From assembly GCA_013138615.1 (NCBI GenBank), contig WTCK01000070.1, forward strand, positions 1-50,034: 50,034 bases of DNA. The letters run 5' to 3'. This stretch comes from Candidatus Thorarchaeota archaeon. Lineage in GTDB: Archaea; Asgardarchaeota; Thorarchaeia; Thorarchaeales; Thorarchaeaceae. Of the stretch, positions 35,224-44,757 are shown piece by piece. Below the pieces are notes generated by a model. It saw only the letters and a program-made list of their open reading frames with translations, had not been told where the DNA came from and did no database searches. Each line of letters begins with the position of its first letter. Positions within the stretch are counted from its first letter, which is position 1. A program made the translations under genes and the position numbers.

Positions 35224-37170
35224 TCAAGTTAACATATATCGACGCCTGATTAATGGTATGCTAACTAGGCTAATTGACAAACAAGAACCAATAGCTAGGG
35301 CGACTATTCCGATGCCTTGAGCCGCTGAAACATCGGCTTCTCCAATCACAATTACAGCTGATCCTGCGTATGATTGAAGAGAGCCTGATGCTTCAGATTC
35401 GTACGATAGAAGATAGCTACCCGCTGTGGAGGGAATCGCTAGGTGCAGACTGATCAAACCATGATTACTGCTATCTATTTCCATATTAGCTGATAGCCAT
35501 CCGTAACTTATTGGAATGCTTCTTAGTAATGACCCATTCAACCCTTGAATGGTAAGTTGAACGTATATCTCCTTGAGCTGCGGTATTATTTCGTAGTAAT
35601 CGAAAATAATTATGACAGGTATCGTTTTGGCTACAGTGAAACTATACTCCAGGATGACCGAGAGTTCGTATGCTGACTCATTTCCGCTGCATACAATTAG
35701 GAAAACAAAGTGGCCTTCACTGGAAGGTGCCAAGAAAGCCATAGTTGCAATGCCGACCTGATTAGTTATCGACTGTGAAATGAGAGTGCTATTAATCGAG
35801 TGGACTTCCACTAGTTTGTTGGAATAGTTGGCATTGTTATTGATAAGGTGGACTACAAGCAATATCTCTTGTTGGGGAGATGCAAATCCCAAGATGTTGC
35901 TCTGATTCAGTGACAACGTAGGACGAAACCATATTGGTTCACTGAACCAGTAAGTTCCATTGGTGACGTATTGTGCATCATTGACCGTAATGATGAATTC
36001 CCTGATTCCTTTAGGTCCTGTTATGGGTAGAAAGAGCTGAGTTGAGTTGCTGTTGCCAGTCAGGGGTTCTGTAACTGCTTTTTCAGTTAGTGTATCGAGA
36101 ATAGTAATGGATGCACCGGGAATCGGTCGATTCAGAATGTCCTGCACCACCACTGAGATCTCAAGTTCGGTCCCAGTGACAATGTACTCTGGTAAGAACG
36201 CTTCAATCAGCACAGGGCTTGTGACAATGAAATGAATTTGAAGAATTGAAATGCTGTATCGGTCAGTTCCCGTGTATTCAATTATCAGTGTGTGGTTGTT
36301 CAGAGAGATTCCTTCATTGATTCGTAAATCAAGAGTTGCTACGCCTGAGCCGTTGGTCGTTATCGAGGATTGTGTTGTGCCATCAAGCGATACCATCATG
36401 AGGCCGTTGGGCAATGTTTCTTCGTTGGCCCAAAGCGTGAGGGAGAGAGTAATTGAATCGTTCAAAGTGACAATATCAGATAGAGCATTGTCGTGTTTGA
36501 TGAGGGTCGCAATCTGCTCTACTGTTATGGAAAACGATGTTTCTACGCCTTTTTGAAAAAGCGCCAAGTTCCCTTCATAGACAACAGAAACAGTATTCGC
36601 ACCTAGCTGTGCCCAAGAAGTGTTACAGTGGAAAGAGAAACTGACACAGCCGGTGTCATTGGTGATACCAGAGCCAAGTGGCAATGAATCACTGAACACC
36701 ATAAGAGAAGCGCCTGAAAGCGATTCGTTCATGTCGTTAAGGAGGCGGACTATGAGATTCAGATCGTCACCTGGCGCCAAATCACTGTCCTTGACTTGAA
36801 TCTCCATTGTTGTTGCTGAAACAACTGTAAGTGGCATCCACTGGCAGGAAGGCGAGAGTGAAAGTGATTGATTGCCGCGAAAAGTCGCATTAATCATCAT
36901 AAAACCCAGTGGATGTTCGGAGGGGAGAGGCCAATCGATGTATGCTAAGCCATTTGAATCGGTCATGTCCGAACCAAGAAACGAATCGTGGGTCTGGTCG
37001 AAGAATTCTATTCTCTGGTTGACAACTGGGTCCCCATAGGTTCCATTTTGCAATAACTGAGCAGTAATGGTTATGGTTTCCCCTCTGGAAACAACATTTT
37101 CGCCTTCAGCGGAAACGGTAGTCATGCTGCTTATGAATAGAAGAGAAACAGCAGCTAAAACAATCAGCAA
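35224..37170 (-). CDS. Large secreted surface protein, Ig-like repeats, C-terminal transmembrane anchor
   Basis: 648 aa with a TTG start. The signal peptide is LIVLAAVSLLFISSMTTVSA|EGEN. It has numerous N-x-S/T sequons and repeated D.NG.A modules (TDSNGLAYI, NDTGCVSF, TNGSGVATL, TNQVGIATM). The C-terminus is GIGIVALAIGSCLSISLVSIPLIRRRYMLT (TM plus basic tail). Confidence 0.75.
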   Translation of the reverse strand: MLIVLAAVSLLFISSMTTVSAEGENVVSRGETITITAQLLQNGTYGDPVVNQRIEFFDQTHDSFLGSDMTDSNGLAYIDWPLPSEHPLGFMMINATFRGNQSLSLSPSCQWMPLTVVSATTMEIQVKDSDLAPGDDLNLIVRLLNDMNESLSGASLMVFSDSLPLGSGITNDTGCVSFSFHCNTSWAQLGANTVSVVYEGNLALFQKGVETSFSITVEQIATLIKHDNALSDIVTLNDSITLSLTLWANEETLPNGLMMVSLDGTTQSSITTNGSGVATLDLRINEGISLNNHTLIIEYTGTDRYSISILQIHFIVTSPVLIEAFLPEYIVTGTELEISVVVQDILNRPIPGASITILDTLTEKAVTEPLTGNSNSTQLFLPITGPKGIREFIITVNDAQYVTNGTYWFSEPIWFRPTLSLNQSNILGFASPQQEILLVVHLINNNANYSNKLVEVHSINSTLISQSITNQVGIATMAFLAPSSEGHFVFLIVCSGNESAYELSVILEYSFTVAKTIPVIIIFDYYEIIPQLKEIYVQLTIQGLNGSLLRSIPISYGWLSANMEIDSSNHGLISLHLAIPSTAGSYLLSYESEASGSLQSYAGSAVIVIGEADVSAAQGIGIVALAIGSCLSISLVSIPLIRRRYMLT

Positions 37171-37472
37171 GGGAACTGCACTGCTTTTCAGGATAGATTC
37201 CTCCTCGATTTGGGGTTTGAGCTCCGTTTGCCTGTGTTTTGCTTGCTGTGGTGCGAAGTAACAGGTCTGGATTACTCTAAAGTGAGTCGCGAACCGGGGT
37301 TATTAACCTCCTACAGTTACTGCGTTGTTTCTCAATGAACCAAGTTGTAAGATAACTGGGGGAGTTCTTATGGAGAAATCTGAAACTATGAACTGACCGC
37401 ATATCTATGCTGAAGGAATTGAGTATTGTCATCTGCAACAGACGAAATCCGCTCTATCATACGGCCTAGAAT

Positions 37473-40400
37473 ATGACAAAGAGAGATGAGAAGGTGATAC
37501 AGATATTCAGTCGCACGCATCTAGGACTGTGGACCTTGGTCAGAACAATGTGGATTGGTGGCACGATTATATGTGGTATCTACATGATGTTCGTGTACTT
37601 GTTACCTCTTGTCGGTTTGATCCAACAGCCGCCTGTGCCTTTGAAACTGACTGTCGAGGTCATTGTTTGTGCAATACCAATCCTGTCAGGTGGGTTGCTG
37701 ACCAGTGAGAGAATTCGTAATGACGAATTGTCAGTTCTTATCGATGAAAAGTTCCTTGTTATTCAGCTGGATAGGCATGTTGTTGTGACTTGCGCACTAG
37801 AACTTGCTTCTGTGCCTAGCTCAATTGTTGTTTTTCCGGGTAAGGAGCCTAGGTATAATGCCGCACTGCTATTAGCACTGCGTGCAGGCTTGGATAGCAG
37901 AGTTTCCATGGCCTATGAGGTGGGAGTAGAGAAAGGGGAACCATTCCTGCGGTTGTTCATAACTGCATCTGGAAAGAATCTAACGGAAATCAAGGAGATT
38001 TTGAGGCGAGAAGCCACTCGAACGGAAGCTATTCTTTTGGCTTCTTTGAACGGGGTTGAGGTGCATCAGCTAGGAGAAGACAAGCTGAGGGGAGCGAGTG
38101 AAATAGTGCATCGTTTAGACTCGTTGAGAAAGCCTTCAGCATTGGTTCATGATGACGGGATGCTTCAGTCACTCACATTCATTGTGGGAATCCCCAGAGT
38201 TGCGCCTTCGATTGATGCCTCGCAGGTTGGCACATTCATCTCTACTGCAATCAAACAGAGATACTCTGTCACACTTACTTGTGTATTCTCAAGTGCAAAA
38301 GCGGGCAGAGAGAGGAAAAGAATGGAAGGAGAATGGAAAAACATTCGCGCAAAGGAGCTAAGGAATGAGGATTCCTTGACTGATCATGCCAACAAGAGAA
38401 AACTTCTAGATCAACATGAGAGAATGCATGGTGATTCTGGATGGTTTGATAACTCCGTGTACGTTCTTGCTAAGGCCAAGAATACTGCTGAACTTGAAAG
38501 GGTGACGAATGGTGTAAACGGTCTTATCGCCTCAATTTGGGGTGGGGAAGGAAACATTTCCTTGAAAAAAAGAGGAATTCGAGGCAGAACTGTATGTAGA
38601 CTTATCACCAGACGCCATTTCAAACGTCAGAAAATCCATGTGAGTTCCTTAGTGGGCTACGTAAACACCCCTATACAACAGCTTCCTGTGATTGCAGCGA
38701 CCGTGGCTCCAGTTTTTCCAGTTCCGCTAAGGAAGCTGATAGATAATGATCTAATCATTGGAGAGACAATCTACGGAGGGCGACGCATTAGTGATATCGG
38801 GATTAGACCGGAGTGGCTGCGAGAACATGTTGCAGTTCTCGGCGCTACGGGCACGGGTAAGACAAATCTTGTGAAGAAATTGATGCTTGAATTGAGTTTG
38901 AAGACTGATGTTCCTTGGTGGGTGTTTGATATCAAAGGATCTGAGTATGCGGACCTTGCTGGATGGGACTCCGACATTCTCATACTCAGTCCGGGAAAGG
39001 ATGCCTCTTTCGTGATGGATTTGTTAGACATTGAAATGGATTCAAGTGAGGTAGATGCGCATGCAACTTTTGCGATACTAAGGGAGCTCATAAATGAAAG
39101 AGGCGTGTCATCTGAGCTTTCACCTGCCATGGAGAAGCTCTTACGAGAGTCAGTAATGGAGTTAGCGGAATCAAGGCATGCAACGAAGTCAGTCCAAGTC
39201 CTCAACCAGATTATCTCGAAGTTGGCTGGCAATGATCGCTTTGGAAGCATGACTAGGGATGCGCTTCTTAACCGTCTTGAGATATTATCACGTGAACCCC
39301 TTGGGTCCATACTGAAAGGGGGAGCAGAAGCACTCAAGATTTCTACTTTGTTGAACAAGCGTGTGGTATTCGACATGCGCCACATTGCAAGGGTAGGTGG
39401 GATGGATGCGGTTCGAATCCTCTACAATCTTGTCGCCAAGAGAATATTCGACAGTGCCATGAAACGCGGAATAAAGCCTGGACTGCATCATGTGGTAGTT
39501 CTTGAGGAGGCGAGCAATTTGGTGCCTGAGAGCTACACAAGGCATTCCGCAGCAGATGTCACCACTGGTGAGTCGATGGTTATGCTTCAACGGGCCACCG
39601 GACAAGGAGTCATTGTTGTATCAACAAGACCGAACATTTCCTCGAACATTTTAGCCAATACTGCAACTAAGATTACATTTCGTCTGCCGTACGACAGCTC
39701 CATTGGGTCTAAGTATATGGCTCTCAATGCTGAACAGGAAGAGTACCTCAAATCACTGAAATGCGGCAGAGCCCTCATTCATGTTCCAAGTTCTAGTACT
39801 TTCGAAATTGCCACTAAGCTGTTTGTACCCATGTCTGGAATCTTAGGAAAGGATGCCAAAGAAGCTGTCACTCAAGGCTGTGAGAAAGCTGAATTAAAGA
39901 CAGTCGTGCACGAAGCGTCTGTTATTATCAAACCTGAGAGGGTGGTGTCTGATCGACTAGGTGAGCTGGCAAACCATGTAGTTGCTTTTCTCGCATCTAG
40001 AGATATGGCCACTGAGATTGAGATTAGGAGCCTATTGATGACTCTGGATTCGCAATTTGCTGAAAATGACATTGCTGAGATAATCCGCGACCTTGTTTCT
40101 CTGGGAGCTATTGCACGCGAAGCGCTTTCACTTGTACCTGGGGGTTTTGTGTTTACAGTACCAGGCAGAGAATTGGAAGCTGTTAGGAACGTCATTATGA
40201 ATTACATGACTCGCCGCCTGGACTCGGTTCATAACCTTGAATATCAGAAGCTGGATTCGAATGGAGCACAATTGATTGCCTGCAATCATGCTATACTCAT
40301 CTTGCCAAACCATCTGAAAGCATCTTCCATTGAATCGGTTTTAGGACAGATTGGAGCGTGCATGAGTGAGCTCGGGAATAATATCAACAAGTTGGTGGTT

Positions 40401-41225
40401 GTGGTGAGAGGAAGCATCGCCGCAGCCAAATTAAGAGAACTCATTGACCGTTCAGAAACATTTGATGCTGTGACTGTAATCTCAGCTTTTCCCAGCTCTC
40501 TAAACAAGGTAGTGGATGAACTTGTCCATGGAAAGCCACATAGGAGCGAAGTGGTTGAAGAGCAGCTTGGTGTGGTTGCCAAATTCTCCAAATCAGAAAG
40601 GGTTGATTTACGAGGAGCTGTGCATGATGTCGGTTCGGCTACGAGTCGTGCAGTCCAAATGCGTCTCTGGTTTGGTTTGATCGAAGACTTCGTTGATTTG
40701 TCGAATGGACATATTGTGTGGGATGCCCTTCTAGAATTCATCGACACTACTGCGTTGCAGTCACTCAAAGGGAGGTCGGCCCCCATGAGTGTCGAGGAAG
40801 GCAAACGTGCTCTCACAGAACTCCTTGCTGATGAGGTGCTTGTGGCGTTACGTGTTGGAGCCGAGAAGCGATATACTGATTTCGAGAAGAACCTCTGGAT
40901 TGTAAATTCATCAGTGCTGAAAGAACTCAAGGAGAGAGCTATTAATCTATTAATTGAAGAGAGTGGGAAACAGAATGAATCTATTTCTCAAGGCCATGAA
41001 TACTATGATTTCTGTGTTGGTAAAAAATCTTATGTTGTATTTCCAACACAGCAACAGCTTAACACGCTTCTGAATCTTCATAGTGATGTGGCATGCCGGA
41101 TTTGCGGGTCAACGCAAGTGATATGCCTCCTAACAGCAGCTGAGTATCTTGATGATGGTGCCATAGTTCCAGCGAATTTGATCATGAAAACGATGGATGA
41201 TGCGATTGCAGAAATGTTAGTATAG
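37473..41225 (+). CDS. Membrane-anchored giant HerA/VirB4/FtsK-superfamily ATPase (DUF87-like core) with long unassigned N- and C-terminal regions
   Basis: 1250 aa. There are two N-terminal hydrophobic helices (MWIGGTIICGIYMMFVYLLPLVGLI; LTVEVIVCAIPILSGGLLT). Walker A is HVAVLGATGTGKTNLVKKLM (nt ~38841). Walker B is HHVVVLEEASNLVPE (nt ~39487). The sensor region VIVVSTRPNISSNILANTATKITFRL is HerA-like. About 350 aa before the core and 450 aa after it match nothing I recognise. Confidence 0.75.
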   Translation: MTKRDEKVIQIFSRTHLGLWTLVRTMWIGGTIICGIYMMFVYLLPLVGLIQQPPVPLKLTVEVIVCAIPILSGGLLTSERIRNDELSVLIDEKFLVIQLDRHVVVTCALELASVPSSIVVFPGKEPRYNAALLLALRAGLDSRVSMAYEVGVEKGEPFLRLFITASGKNLTEIKEILRREATRTEAILLASLNGVEVHQLGEDKLRGASEIVHRLDSLRKPSALVHDDGMLQSLTFIVGIPRVAPSIDASQVGTFISTAIKQRYSVTLTCVFSSAKAGRERKRMEGEWKNIRAKELRNEDSLTDHANKRKLLDQHERMHGDSGWFDNSVYVLAKAKNTAELERVTNGVNGLIASIWGGEGNISLKKRGIRGRTVCRLITRRHFKRQKIHVSSLVGYVNTPIQQLPVIAATVAPVFPVPLRKLIDNDLIIGETIYGGRRISDIGIRPEWLREHVAVLGATGTGKTNLVKKLMLELSLKTDVPWWVFDIKGSEYADLAGWDSDILILSPGKDASFVMDLLDIEMDSSEVDAHATFAILRELINERGVSSELSPAMEKLLRESVMELAESRHATKSVQVLNQIISKLAGNDRFGSMTRDALLNRLEILSREPLGSILKGGAEALKISTLLNKRVVFDMRHIARVGGMDAVRILYNLVAKRIFDSAMKRGIKPGLHHVVVLEEASNLVPESYTRHSAADVTTGESMVMLQRATGQGVIVVSTRPNISSNILANTATKITFRLPYDSSIGSKYMALNAEQEEYLKSLKCGRALIHVPSSSTFEIATKLFVPMSGILGKDAKEAVTQGCEKAELKTVVHEASVIIKPERVVSDRLGELANHVVAFLASRDMATEIEIRSLLMTLDSQFAENDIAEIIRDLVSLGAIAREALSLVPGGFVFTVPGRELEAVRNVIMNYMTRRLDSVHNLEYQKLDSNGAQLIACNHAILILPNHLKASSIESVLGQIGACMSELGNNINKLVVVVRGSIAAAKLRELIDRSETFDAVTVISAFPSSLNKVVDELVHGKPHRSEVVEEQLGVVAKFSKSERVDLRGAVHDVGSATSRAVQMRLWFGLIEDFVDLSNGHIVWDALLEFIDTTALQSLKGRSAPMSVEEGKRALTELLADEVLVALRVGAEKRYTDFEKNLWIVNSSVLKELKERAINLLIEESGKQNESISQGHEYYDFCVGKKSYVVFPTQQQLNTLLNLHSDVACRICGSTQVICLLTAAEYLDDGAIVPANLIMKTMDDAIAEMLV

Positions 41226-41229
41226 TGTT

Positions 41230-42033
41230 TCAGCATTCCATTCTGGTACAAGTAGTTGATTTATCTGCGAGAAGAGCAGTTAGACGTCCTGGAACCGTTA
41301 GGTTGAAGATTGCAACTTGAGTTGTCTGACTAGCTAGTTCAAGAAGCTCCTGTGCCTTCCGGGCCATACCTCCTGTTACATCTGTGGCAGCAGAAGTCCC
41401 TGCACCTGCCAGAACGGAGTCCTTGTTGGAACTATCAATCACAGACACAAGAGTGGCATTCGGGTTGACACGGGGATCTTCTTCGAATATGCCATCTACA
41501 TCTGTGCCAATGAATACTCTCTGGATATCCAATGCTTTTGCTAGGTAGACAGAAATGGTATCACCACTTAAAATGGAGGCCCCTTGTACATCGTCAAGGC
41601 ACACATCTCCGTGGATGATGACGGCACAGTGCGCCTCTAGGGTCCATTTGATTATGTCTATTGGAAAGTTCATTATCTCGCCATCGTGCATGCTAACTGA
41701 GGAATATGGCGGAATTACAACAGATGGGATTCCATTGGCGTTTAGCGCTTGTTCGACTTCAAGTGAAAGCAGTGTCATATTGTGACGTATTGATGGTATG
41801 CCTGCAAGAAGTTTCTCTAGTGGAGTAGATGGATCTCCAAATCCATAAATGTGTGCAGCTTGGTGACCATGTGCGCCCCCCCCCAGAACGACTATTAGTG
41901 GTCCTTGGTGAGTTCGGAGCTCTTTAGCAATACGACTAATTGCCATCATGTTGACAGTAGGTGGAGAAACTTGTTTCTGAGTTATTACTGAACCGCCCAG
42001 TTTTACAAGTGTAAGAGATTTCAAATGCAACAC
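41230..42033 (-). CDS. ipk: Isopentenyl phosphate kinase (amino-acid kinase fold; archaeal mevalonate pathway)
   Basis: 267 aa. LVKLGGSVITQK, VLGGGAHGH, IIHGDV..DD...ILSGD, TDVDGIFEEDP and TDVTGGM are collinear with M. jannaschii IPK as I remember it. Confidence 0.8.
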   Translation of the reverse strand: MLHLKSLTLVKLGGSVITQKQVSPPTVNMMAISRIAKELRTHQGPLIVVLGGGAHGHQAAHIYGFGDPSTPLEKLLAGIPSIRHNMTLLSLEVEQALNANGIPSVVIPPYSSVSMHDGEIMNFPIDIIKWTLEAHCAVIIHGDVCLDDVQGASILSGDTISVYLAKALDIQRVFIGTDVDGIFEEDPRVNPNATLVSVIDSSNKDSVLAGAGTSAATDVTGGMARKAQELLELASQTTQVAIFNLTVPGRLTALLADKSTTCTRMEC

Positions 42034-42222
42034 TTGGGTACCGAGAGAAAATGCGTGCTTATTGATATGCCGTACATTGAATTCTGGCTAGATTCTACGA
42101 TTATACTGTCATCCATCTGGAAGATGCACCATACTTCGCAGACGTACTCCACAAGACAATCTTTTTATCAGGATGCAAGACGGTTGCCTTGGATGCCTTA
42201 CCGAGTGGAGCTGTAATTCCAA

Positions 42223-42534
42223 ATGACTCAGAAAGCGAGAATTCGACTATCAAGCACAAGTACAGAAGATCTTGATGGTGTTTGCAATCAAATTAAGCGC
42301 ATAACACGCAAGACAGGTGTTCGAATGGCGGGTCCTATTCCGCTGCCAACTCGACGAATGGTAGTGCCAACTCGCAAGACCCCATGTGGTCAAGGCACCG
42401 AATCGTGGGATAAATGGGAAATGAGGGTTCATAAACGTCTAATAGATATTGATGCAGATGAACGTGCAATACGTCAGATAATGCGTGTAAGAATTCCAGA
42501 CTCGGTATATATCGAGATTGAGTTAACTGGTTAG
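42223..42534 (+). CDS. rps10: 30S ribosomal protein S10 (uS10)
   Basis: 103 aa: [41 protein letters not shown]...HKRLIDI, the canonical uS10 sequence. Confidence 0.95.
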   Translation: MTQKARIRLSSTSTEDLDGVCNQIKRITRKTGVRMAGPIPLPTRRMVVPTRKTPCGQGTESWDKWEMRVHKRLIDIDADERAIRQIMRVRIPDSVYIEIELTG

Positions 42535-42619
42535 TTGGTCAACATTTATCTCTTTCACAAACTCTTTCAAGTTAGTGTAAGTAAGGTCGGTAATAGCATT
42601 TTCTTGGGGCATCTTTGAG

Positions 42620-44443
42620 ATGTGCGGAATAATCGGTGTTGTTCAAGGGCGAGGCGAGGTTGCCTCATTTCTTCATCAAGCCCTGAAACGTCTTGAGTAT
42701 AGGGGATACGATTCCGTAGGCATTACCACTATTGCCGACAATCGTTTGCACACCAAGAAGGACAAAGGCAAGGTTGATGCTGTTCACAGAAGTCTGAACC
42801 TTGATGACCTTCCAGGATTCATTGGAATAGGTCACACTCGCTGGGCAACACATGGTGTTCCATCGCTCATGAATTCGCATCCACATTTTGATTGCAAGAA
42901 TGAGATAGCTGTAATACATAATGGAGTGATAGACAATTTCCTCCGATTAAGAAAGGACTTGCATTCACGAAGTCATAAGTTCAAGTCTGAAACAGATACA
43001 GAAGTAATTCCACATTTGATTGAGGAGTATATGAAAGAAGGGATGGACCTTGCGGCTGCTCTCAAAGAGGTTACGAAGCAGATTGAAGGTACTTATGCCA
43101 TAGTAGCAATGTCAACAAAGGAACCTGAGAAGATTGTATGCACACGTAACGGAAACCCACTTGTTCTTGGAAGGGAAGATGGTGTATCGTATGTTTCCTC
43201 GGATATTCCAGCATTCTTGCCGAGGACCAGCAACATGATTCTCCTGCTAGATGGCGAGATAGCCACATTAACAGTGGATGGTGTTGAAATCAGGAAACTC
43301 AGTGATAACACGCTTGTGAATCGGGAAACAATCAAGATAAGCTGGACAGCAGATCAAGCTCAGAAGAGTGGATTTCCGCATTTCATGTTGAAAGAAATAC
43401 ATGAACAGCCCGATGCCATAAGGAATACACTTCAATTGAAACCGGGGATAATTGAGGACGCTGCCAAGCTTATACACAATGCACGACGAGTCTATCTGCT
43501 TGCAATGGGAACGTCTGGACATGCTGCAATGGCATCACGTCACATGTTTGCATCAATCGCTGGAATCCTTCCGACCTTTGAACTGGCTAGTGATTTTCCA
43601 GACATAGTCTATGGTGCCTTATCCAAAGATGATTGCATAGTTGCAATCACACAGTCTGGGGAAACAACTGACACGATTACCGCTGTTAAGTACGCACAAA
43701 AATTCGGTGTCAAGGTACTTGCAATAACAAATGTGGTGGGCAGCTCCATCACGAGAATGGCTGATTATACCGTTATCACACAAGCAGGACCTGAGATTGG
43801 CGTGGCTGCTACAAAGACGTTCATGGTCCAGCTCACTTCGCTTGCTCAGATTGCACTTGCCCTAGGAGAGCTTACGGAGTTCATCGATTCTGAAGAGATA
43901 GAGAAAAAACGTCAATCATTGCAAGGAATTCCTGAAATTGTTTCAAATGTCATCTCAACACAAGAGGAGCGGGCAAGGCGATTAGCTGGCATTCTCTATA
44001 ACAAGCCGAGCCTTCTGTTCTTGGGGCGAGGGGTTTCTATGGCCACAGCCTACGAAGGAGCCCTTAAGCTCAAGGAGATTGCTTACAATCATGCGGAAGG
44101 ATATTCTGCAGGCGAATCCAAACATGGACCAATCGCCCTTGTTCAGAGTGACTATCCGGTCATATTCGTGGTGCCCAATGATGGAACCAGAAGTCGCGTT
44201 ATTGGAAACATCATGGAGATGAAGGCAAGAGGAGCATCCATTATTTCTGTCATCGAGGAAGGCGATACGGACTTGGATAGCTTATCAGACCATACGTTTA
44301 CGGTCCCTGCGGGGGTTGAGCCAGAATTCTCAACAATGGTGTATGTAGTTCCTTTGCAACTGTTTAGTTACTATATGGCAACAAGAAATGGTTATGATCC
44401 CGATAAACCTCGAAACCTTGCCAAGTCAGTTACTGTGCTTTAA
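42620..44443 (+). CDS. glmS: Glutamine--fructose-6-phosphate aminotransferase
   Basis: 607 aa. The N-terminal nucleophile is MCGIIGV. There are two SIS domains (GTSGHAA, SQSGETTDT) and the C-terminus ends KPRNLAKSVTV. Confidence 0.95.
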   Translation: MCGIIGVVQGRGEVASFLHQALKRLEYRGYDSVGITTIADNRLHTKKDKGKVDAVHRSLNLDDLPGFIGIGHTRWATHGVPSLMNSHPHFDCKNEIAVIHNGVIDNFLRLRKDLHSRSHKFKSETDTEVIPHLIEEYMKEGMDLAAALKEVTKQIEGTYAIVAMSTKEPEKIVCTRNGNPLVLGREDGVSYVSSDIPAFLPRTSNMILLLDGEIATLTVDGVEIRKLSDNTLVNRETIKISWTADQAQKSGFPHFMLKEIHEQPDAIRNTLQLKPGIIEDAAKLIHNARRVYLLAMGTSGHAAMASRHMFASIAGILPTFELASDFPDIVYGALSKDDCIVAITQSGETTDTITAVKYAQKFGVKVLAITNVVGSSITRMADYTVITQAGPEIGVAATKTFMVQLTSLAQIALALGELTEFIDSEEIEKKRQSLQGIPEIVSNVISTQEERARRLAGILYNKPSLLFLGRGVSMATAYEGALKLKEIAYNHAEGYSAGESKHGPIALVQSDYPVIFVVPNDGTRSRVIGNIMEMKARGASIISVIEEGDTDLDSLSDHTFTVPAGVEPEFSTMVYVVPLQLFSYYMATRNGYDPDKPRNLAKSVTVL

Positions 44444-44467
44444 GGACCTTAAATCCTTCATTGATAA

Positions 44468-44737
44468 GTGGACTACTGTGAGAAGCCAATGCTCTTCGAG
44501 TTGCTAAGCCCACTTACTGATTTTGCGATTCTCATTGCAGGGTACTTTGCCGAAATATGGGAATTTTTGATTTTCATTGGTCGCGTTTCAGCAAGCGTCA
44601 TTGTGCTTATCGGAGCAATACTATGGTTTACAGAGGCCAATATGAAGAGAGGTAAGGGATTAGTGTTTAGTGGCATACTCTTGGCAATCGTAATTCAGTA
44701 CTTTGTTATGTATCCTCCAGCGTTCAGCCTCGGTTAA
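44468..44737 (+). CDS. Small integral membrane protein (2-3 TM), unknown function
   Basis: 89-aa ORF (GTG start; an alternative ATG gives MLFELLSP). The hydrophobic segments are DFAILIAGYFAEIWEFLIFIG, VSASVIVLIGAILWF and LVFSGILLAIVIQYFVMY. Confidence 0.45.
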   Translation: MDYCEKPMLFELLSPLTDFAILIAGYFAEIWEFLIFIGRVSASVIVLIGAILWFTEANMKRGKGLVFSGILLAIVIQYFVMYPPAFSLG

Positions 44738-44757
44738 TGAATTGCATTTAGTCCACG

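Noticed and set aside
38771-40930. Long antisense ORFs inside the 1250-aa ATPase gene (38771..39385, 39872..40195, 40286..40930). Similar antisense ORFs lie inside hel308 (18759..19265), thpR (15515..15976), the cdc6, mcm and pyrG genes, and the DUF460 gene (1274..1555).
   Set aside because: They lie opposite strongly supported genes with conserved catalytic motifs. Their composition is low-complexity and Ser/Arg/Leu-rich, typical of antisense frames. They have no motifs of their own.
35137-41225. Integrated mobile element inserted at tRNA-Glu
   Set aside because: No integrase, recombinase or transposase ORF is present in the window. I could not find a direct repeat of the tRNA 3' half that would mark an att site. 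The only similar string is the T-arm of tRNA-Gly at 27445-27465, which is ordinary tRNA conservation.
42223-42534. rps10 standing alone, detached from the usual fusA/tuf neighbourhood, as a sign of rearrangement
   Set aside because: The gene is intact and canonical, and its flanking genes (ipk, glmS) are ordinary housekeeping genes. Stand-alone rps10 is not remarkable enough without comparative data.
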